32,000 nucleotides of DNA from Candidatus Saccharimonadota bacterium (GTDB lineage: Archaea; Micrarchaeota; Micrarchaeia; Micrarchaeales; Micrarchaeaceae). Positions within the stretch are counted from its first letter, which is position 1, and each line of letters opens with the position of its first letter. The stretch covers positions 600,001 through 632,000 of the forward strand of contig AP024486.1 in the NCBI GenBank assembly GCA_021654395.1, read 5' to 3'. The notes below the pieces were generated by a model. That model was not told where the DNA came from and did not search any database. It worked only from the letters and a program-made list of their open reading frames with translations. The translations under genes were made by a program, and so were the position numbers. This document shows, piece after piece, positions 26,925 through 32,000 of the stretch.

Positions 26925-27668
26925 CTAATCTAGTCTCTCTTTAATAAGATTTATAAATTCAAATGCATTTTCATACATATATACATTATTGAACATCACA
27001 TAGCTCTTGGATCTATATCTCTTAACTATATCTATTACTCTTATTAGCTCCTCTCTGCTGAATCTATAGTTATACATCATTGTTTTACCAAATCCATGTA
27101 ATCTAAAGTAGTTAAACTCTTGATCTAACTCATGAACCTTTCTTAACGGATCTGTGCATAGTATCGCTAAGCCTTTACAGAACTCTTCAGTTTCTTTTAT
27201 CTTCTCCAACCAGTCTCCTCTTGGCTCAAATATCGGCTTAAAGCCATCATCTCTGCACCTTTCGAGGAGCTTCTCAACTCTTTCTTTATTCTCCTCTTTT
27301 ATATGGAAGCTTTCTGGAGTTTGAAATAGTATCTTATTAGAGTTAATAGCTTTAGAGGCATTCTCTATAGCATCAAGATATTTATAAGATTTTTCGTTAA
27401 AGCGAAAGATATGCGTTATATATCTAGGCGCTTTCAGTATTATCTCTATATTATAATCTCTACTATATCTTGCTAGATTGTCTACGAGCCTTTTTGATGG
27501 TAGCGCGTAGAATGTAGAGTCTATCTCTAATACTTTGAATAGTGAGCCATAAGCCTCTATTCTAGATCTAAACCTATCCTTCCAAGACTCTCCAAATATA
27601 GCTTTAGGAGTAAAGTAGTTTATTCCACAGCATCCTACTTTTATGTCTGAATTTATCTTTCTATTCAT
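26925..27668 (-). CDS. DUF72 (UPF0759/YecE-like) family protein
   Basis: Family-typical blocks occur in order: KVGCCGINYF, WKDRF...YGSLFKVLEIDSTFYALP, ILKAPRYITH, ILFQTPESF, FEPRGDW, YFRLHG, YVMFNNV. Confidence 0.8.
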   Translation of the reverse strand: MNRKINSDIKVGCCGINYFTPKAIFGESWKDRFRSRIEAYGSLFKVLEIDSTFYALPSKRLVDNLARYSRDYNIEIILKAPRYITHIFRFNEKSYKYLDAIENASKAINSNKILFQTPESFHIKEENKERVEKLLERCRDDGFKPIFEPRGDWLEKIKETEEFCKGLAILCTDPLRKVHELDQEFNYFRLHGFGKTMMYNYRFSREELIRVIDIVKRYRSKSYVMFNNVYMYENAFEFINLIKERLD

Positions 27669-27749
27669 TCTGTATTAATTATGAATCTAGCTTAATAAAT
27701 ATTGAGCTATTAGGCAACTAATGCTTAATATATATTCAGTAGGTAAAGA

Positions 27750-27757
27750 CTTATATA
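27750..27757 (+). promoter_or_regulatory. TATA-like box for the ORF starting at 27781
   Basis: CTTATATA lies 24-31 nt upstream of the ATG, with no Shine-Dalgarno sequence. Confidence 0.35.
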
Positions 27758-27780
27758 CCAGAATGTTAAATACTATTTAG

Positions 27781-28902
27781 ATGGACAGAAGGAAGCAGAA
27801 TTCTGGAAATAGCACCAAAATAAACGCTTTAAAGGCTGCACTTACTCAGACACTAGAGCTTTTCAGGGAGTCTCTGAAAGGATCAGGTCTTAAGGTATCA
27901 TTATCTGAAGGTAGAGAAGCTAATAATTTAGGAGTAATCATAGATAACAATGAATATGTAATAGCTGATAGCCAAAAAACATTAATAAGTAATGCAAAGA
28001 GTATAGATAGATTACTGACCATGCAGGCGATCTTTGCTCTAACCATTAGCGGAATTGATGAAAAGAAGTACTTCTCCTTTTTAGATACTTATAATGAAGT
28101 GATAGCAGGATGCTTATCAATTTATACTGCAGTTAAGTTTATCGACCCCATCTTAAAAGCTAAATACGGCGCTGAGTATTCGAACAAGCTTATGGATAAA
28201 GCTAATAATCTAATGAATAATATTAATAATACTCCAAGTAGCTTAGATAATATAAGTATAAGATCTTATATAGATAATATCTCTAGAGCTAGAAAAGATC
28301 TTATTCTTTATATTAAAGAGATAAAAGATATGGATGAGGGAATAGCATATTGGTTTGAGATTATAGGGGTTTTAAATAAGGAAGATAGAAAGGATAATAG
28401 TATAAAGCTAGATAAAGATAAAAGTGCTGACTCTAAAGTAGCAGATTCAAATGATAGCTTTGTATTAGGCAGCAAAGATACTAAGCCAAAGCAGAATATC
28501 AAGCTAATAAAGAGCTTTACAGCTTACCTATTATTTAAGTCTATATTTAGCTCTAATAATACTACAATAAGAGATTATGATGAAGATCTATCTTATATCA
28601 TGGCTTATCTTCTATTTACAACAAAGATGAGAATAAATAGTGTCAAAGATTTAGACTTAGCAAGCCTTATTGAATCTAATGTAGATGATATTAATCTAAT
28701 ACTAGTATATGAGACATTTAAAGAGGAAGGACAAGAAGATGTAAATAGAGATAAGATAGTAGAAGAGGCGATAAGATATCTTCCGAAGATTCTAGATATA
28801 CTATACGGAAAAGATATAACGAAAATAGATGCATTATTGGATCTAGATGAAGAATCTTTTAAGCGTATAAATGAAGAGATAGATAAATCATATCAGATAT
28901 AG
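27781..28902 (+). CDS. Hypothetical protein (373 aa), paralogue of the ORF at 20049-21137
   Basis: Collinear similarity as listed for 20049-21137. It has a low-complexity D/K/S-rich linker in the middle. Confidence 0.65.
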   Translation: MDRRKQNSGNSTKINALKAALTQTLELFRESLKGSGLKVSLSEGREANNLGVIIDNNEYVIADSQKTLISNAKSIDRLLTMQAIFALTISGIDEKKYFSFLDTYNEVIAGCLSIYTAVKFIDPILKAKYGAEYSNKLMDKANNLMNNINNTPSSLDNISIRSYIDNISRARKDLILYIKEIKDMDEGIAYWFEIIGVLNKEDRKDNSIKLDKDKSADSKVADSNDSFVLGSKDTKPKQNIKLIKSFTAYLLFKSIFSSNNTTIRDYDEDLSYIMAYLLFTTKMRINSVKDLDLASLIESNVDDINLILVYETFKEEGQEDVNRDKIVEEAIRYLPKILDILYGKDITKIDALLDLDEESFKRINEEIDKSYQI

Positions 28903-29064
28903 TCAAAAGGCATATGAAGAGATCCTAGAGTAAAGATCTTCTATAAAAATCTATCTATTAAATTGTATTTAGTTATAAAGATAGGCTTTTATATCTCTTA
29001 AGTATAAATAGTTAAGAATTAAACCCATTCAGATACTGCTTAAAAATTTCCAGTAGCGATCTGC

Positions 29065-29268
29065 TTGAACAGCAGCAAGGATAAAGATATGAGTATTCGG
29101 ATTACAGATATCTATATTATATACCACTTCCTGGTCTTAATTAGAGACTCTAAGCATAATAAGAAGAAGAGAATCTTAGATAAGTACAGAAAACAGCTAC
29201 TATCTATATCTAAAGATATGAGACCTGAAGAGGTAGTAAATACTATAATACCAGCATATAGAGCTTAG
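29065..29268 (+). CDS. Doubtful small ORF (67 aa, TTG start), possibly a fragment of a third 20049-type paralogue
   Basis: The N-terminal NSSKDKD is identical to residues 2-8 of the 20049 ORF but is encoded by different codons. The rest is dissimilar. A 10-bp-stem hairpin follows. Confidence 0.2.
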   Translation: MNSSKDKDMSIRITDIYIIYHFLVLIRDSKHNKKKRILDKYRKQLLSISKDMRPEEVVNTIIPAYRA

Positions 29269-29291
29269 ATCTCTTAATAGATAAGAGATCT
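29267..29291 (+). terminator. Perfect hairpin overlapping the stop of the 29065 ORF
   Basis: agatctctta-ataga-taagagatct: a 10-bp stem with a 5-nt loop. Confidence 0.3.
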
Positions 29292-29447
29292 TATGATCCA
29301 CCAGATATTAATAAAATATCTAAGTACTGTAGTAGCATCGAGATGTATAATAGATTAATAGATGAGGTTAACACGGCTATAAAGAATTGCATATACGATA
29401 GCGAAGATATAGGATATGATACTGATAGGAATAATAGTCACGGTAGA

Positions 29448-30005
29448 CTACTTATAAACTAATCCTTTATAAAAGCTTAAGAAGCTATTAAATGCCCTAG
29501 CCCTATGAGATATACTATTCTTCTCTTCTATAGAGAGCTCACTGAATGTCTTATTATAGCCCTCTGGTATAAATATGTTATCAAAGCCGAAGTCTCTTCC
29601 GCTATGTACACTATCTGCTATCATTCCTCTTACGATACCTTCAAACAGCTCTATTCTATCTGAGTCTGCATATGCGATAACAGTCTTAAAGTATGCTGCT
29701 CTGTTGCTTACTCCATCCATAAGCCTTAATATCCCTTTGCTATCTATAGTCTTCTTTACATAGCTGGTATATACTCCTGGAAAGCCATTTAATGCATCTA
29801 TGAATAAACCGCTATCATCTACTATAACGGGCTTATTATGCTTACTATATGCCTGCTCTGCAGCATATCTAGCTACCTCCTCTAGAGTATCAGCTTGTAG
29901 CTCGATCTTATCATCTGGCAGCATAAGTAGCTCTAGATTACTAGCCTTACATAGCTCAGCTATCTCTTCATACTTATTTCTATTCTTCGTAAGTAGATAA
30001 AGCAT
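29448..30005 (-). CDS. Non-canonical purine NTP pyrophosphatase (HAM1/RdgB/ITPase family)
   Basis: 185 aa with all hallmark blocks: LLTKNRNKYEE, IELQADTLEEVA, VIVDDSGLFIDALNGFPGVYTS, RAAYFKTVIAY, FGFDNIFIPEGYNKTFSEL and EEKNSISHRARAF. Confidence 0.9.
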   Translation of the reverse strand: MLYLLTKNRNKYEEIAELCKASNLELLMLPDDKIELQADTLEEVARYAAEQAYSKHNKPVIVDDSGLFIDALNGFPGVYTSYVKKTIDSKGILRLMDGVSNRAAYFKTVIAYADSDRIELFEGIVRGMIADSVHSGRDFGFDNIFIPEGYNKTFSELSIEEKNSISHRARAFNSFLSFYKGLVYK

Positions 30006-30036
30006 AGAATTACTTATCCTCTAATTATTGTATTAT

Positions 30037-30390
30037 CTATACTGCTAAGCTTATCTTGATATATAATAGTAAGACAGCAAGTCTTATTAGCGTGGATCTA
30101 TCTATGTTATATGCTCTCTCGAGCTCATCCATTCTTTCTAGAGTTTTATCATCTACCTTAAAGCAGTGTATAAGGCCTCCAATGAAGGTCATATTTGCAT
30201 CATCTATCAAAGCTTTATCAAGCCTCTCTGATCTATTATATCTATTGAATAGATTCTCTAAGCAGTATCTTATTAGATCTGATGACGTTTTTAGATTAAG
30301 CTTTGCTCTGAGCTCTTTAAGTAGATTATCAAACTCTCCATTAGATTTAAAAGTCACTATATTATTAAGGCGTTCCTTATTCGCATTCAT
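30037..30390 (-). CDS. Putative DNA-binding protein with two ribbon-helix-helix-like modules
   Basis: 117 aa. IVTFKSNGEFDNLLKELRAKLNLKTSSDLIRYCLENL and HCFKVDDKTLERMDELERAYNIDRSTLIRLAVLLL each show the strand-helix-helix pattern of CopG/Arc-type RHH domains. It lies 31 nt upstream of the ITPase gene on the same strand. Confidence 0.45.
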   Translation of the reverse strand: MNANKERLNNIVTFKSNGEFDNLLKELRAKLNLKTSSDLIRYCLENLFNRYNRSERLDKALIDDANMTFIGGLIHCFKVDDKTLERMDELERAYNIDRSTLIRLAVLLLYIKISLAV

Positions 30391-30633
30391 ACTTATCTAC
30401 TTTAATTATCTCATAATAAGTAATCCATAGCTTAAAAGCTTAACTATATATAACAGCCATAGTCGAGATAACTTTAATTTTATAATCATTTAATATCTGC
30501 ATAAAGCATATATTTAATAAAAGAGCATAAGCTTCTATGCCTTATATGTAACATAGCTTTATTAGTAGCAAGGACTATATTTAAAAGCTTTGCTAGAAAG
30601 GTTAATATATTATATAATAAGTAAAGATAGAAT

Positions 30634-32000
30634 ATGGCTTCTAAAAGCACTGATAATAAATCAGAGTACTTAGATGCACTATCGTATGAGAAGGATTTAG
30701 TAGAGGATATATTAAATAGTCTAAGCGATAATGATACATATCTAAAGAAGATATTTACTGTATATAGATCTAATCTAGAGGCTCTTTTGGATATATTAAA
30801 TAATGAGGAATTAAATGGCGTTGTAGCTAACCTCTATAAGCTTCTACTTTTAGAGAACAGTGGAGATATAGGATATAATCTATCAGAGCTGCTTAAAAGA
30901 AAAGATGATAGAATAAGCGATAGAGGCAGGGATCTTATAAAGAAGTTTATGGAGGATTCTATAATCTTAAGTAAAGATAAGAATAGCTCTAAAGAGTCTT
31001 TAGAGCGCCATCAAGCAATTAATAGGCTTAAGCTAGAGGCCATTGACCAGATTAATAAGAGTCCTGATGCTTCTCTAGTAGATTATGCCAAGTTTAATAT
31101 ATCAAAAGATAAAATCATAAACAATAAAAGCTATGATCCAAATACTAGTATAATTATAGAGCAGATTAAATTTATATACGATGAGATTAAGGGAATAAAA
31201 GATCATAGAGACTCAATGTCTAATAGTAATCAATATAAGGATGAAGAAGCAAGCATGATTGTAGCAAGACTTATACTTCTTGCTAGAAGAAGGGGAATAG
31301 AGCTACTATTTAGCAATATCTCTTATGAAGAGCTTAAAGAGATATCCAAAGCATATGTGTTATTTCCACTTGTAGTTTCTGATAATACTGATGCTGATTC
31401 AAATAAAATAGATAGGGCATTAAATGCAGTCAGAGCAGAGCTGCAGAGCAGATCTATAATAACTGTATTCAAAGAGTACGAGAGGCTAATAGCTTATTAC
31501 GGAAGTTATAAAAATGAAGGCATTATTCCAAGCTCTTTTGTAGATCAGTTAAGTGATTATAATGGATCTTATATAAAAAAGATCTCTGGACTTATATCTA
31601 ATGCTAATAAAACAGCTTCATATAAAAGATATATTAAAGATCTGTTAGATATATACAAGCTTCATAAAAGTCTACAAAAAGATCTAAACAATTTAAATAA
31701 GATGCACCTGAGCAGCCCGATTAGAGATGAATCTATAGATACTAAGAAGATAGAGTATTCAAAGGCTATTCTAGATAAGATAGATGAGATAAGATCTAAG
31801 CTAGATGAATTTACCCTTAATCTTTCAAGCTCATATATAGAAGCATCTATAAATAATAGTAAGGATAAGCTAGAGATGCTTGACCTAATATATGATATAT
31901 TAATTAATAATCCTTTAATATCTAGTAGCTCTATAGATCATATCTCAAGAACGTTAGTATTTAGATTTATAGGTATTAGTAAGGAGCAGCCGGATAAAAG
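30634..32000 (+). CDS. Large hypothetical protein, 5' part only; the ORF is open to the end of the window
   Basis: ATG at 30634. I translated all 455 codons to base 32000 and found no stop (MASKSTDNKSEYLDALSYEKDLVEDILNSL...RFIGISKEQPDK). It is absent from the ORF track because it has no stop in the window. An AT-rich TATA-like sequence lies 17-32 nt upstream. Confidence 0.65.
   Translation, partial: MASKSTDNKSEYLDALSYEKDLVEDILNSLSDNDTYLKKIFTVYRSNLEALLDILNNEELNGVVANLYKLLLLENSGDIGYNLSELLKRKDDRISDRGRDLIKKFMEDSIILSKDKNSSKESLERHQAINRLKLEAIDQINKSPDASLVDYAKFNISKDKIINNKSYDPNTSIIIEQIKFIYDEIKGIKDHRDSMSNSNQYKDEEASMIVARLILLARRRGIELLFSNISYEELKEISKAYVLFPLVVSDNTDADSNKIDRALNAVRAELQSRSIITVFKEYERLIAYYGSYKNEGIIPSSFVDQLSDYNGSYIKKISGLISNANKTASYKRYIKDLLDIYKLHKSLQKDLNNLNKMHLSSPIRDESIDTKKIEYSKAILDKIDEIRSKLDEFTLNLSSSYIEASINNSKDKLEMLDLIYDILINNPLISSSSIDHISRTLVFRFIGISKEQPDK

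Noticed and set aside
11336-30430. Short ORFs antisense to longer genes: 11336, 12053, 13572, 14148, 14766, 15480, 16080, 17741, 19285, 21248, 22516, 25570, 27846, 28308, 29575, 29800 and 30056
   Set aside because: Each is wholly or largely embedded antisense in a longer ORF that has better coding character. They are Leu/Ser/Ile-rich, as expected from reading AT-rich codons backwards.

Overview
All calls are from reading motifs by eye; no homology search was run. The window is AT-rich and looks archaeal: many ATGs have TATA-like boxes about 25-30 nt upstream and few have Shine-Dalgarno sites.

Left part (1-8400):
- a partial ORF and a ClC chloride channel with a CBS pair
- an orphan degenerate CRISPR repeat
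- a 4.3 kb plasmid-like cassette holding a decayed parA, a small ParB/ParG-like ORF and an 827-aa nuclease-methyltransferase fusion
- a 17-repeat CRISPR array, with no cas gene anywhere in the window

Right part (8400-32000) has visibly different codon and oligonucleotide usage, with CTT/CTA leucine codons and frequent GATC, AGATCT and AAGCTT:
- a gutted type IIG restriction-modification gene
- 1.6 kb of mostly noncoding DNA carrying two arrays of palindromic motifs
- an ORFan-rich stretch with three pairs of diverged paralogues
- a GIDE-like membrane protein beside a lemA gene carrying two in-frame stops
- DUF72, a HAM1/RdgB ITPase and a tandem ribbon-helix-helix protein
- an open-ended large ORF running off the window at 32000

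The best candidate for a new system is at 23.3-26.7 kb. A 229-aa FtsZ/tubulin-superfamily protein has only the N-terminal GTP-binding domain, with no T7 loop or C-terminal domain. It is followed by a 382-aa protein ending in a strongly amphipathic basic helix. Two paralogous small proteins bracket the pair.

Other leads: the CRISPR array appears to have been split by insertion of the par/RM cassette; a paralogue pair shares a GGVTxVHGV motif; and uncharacterised genes sit beside the CRISPR and RM debris.
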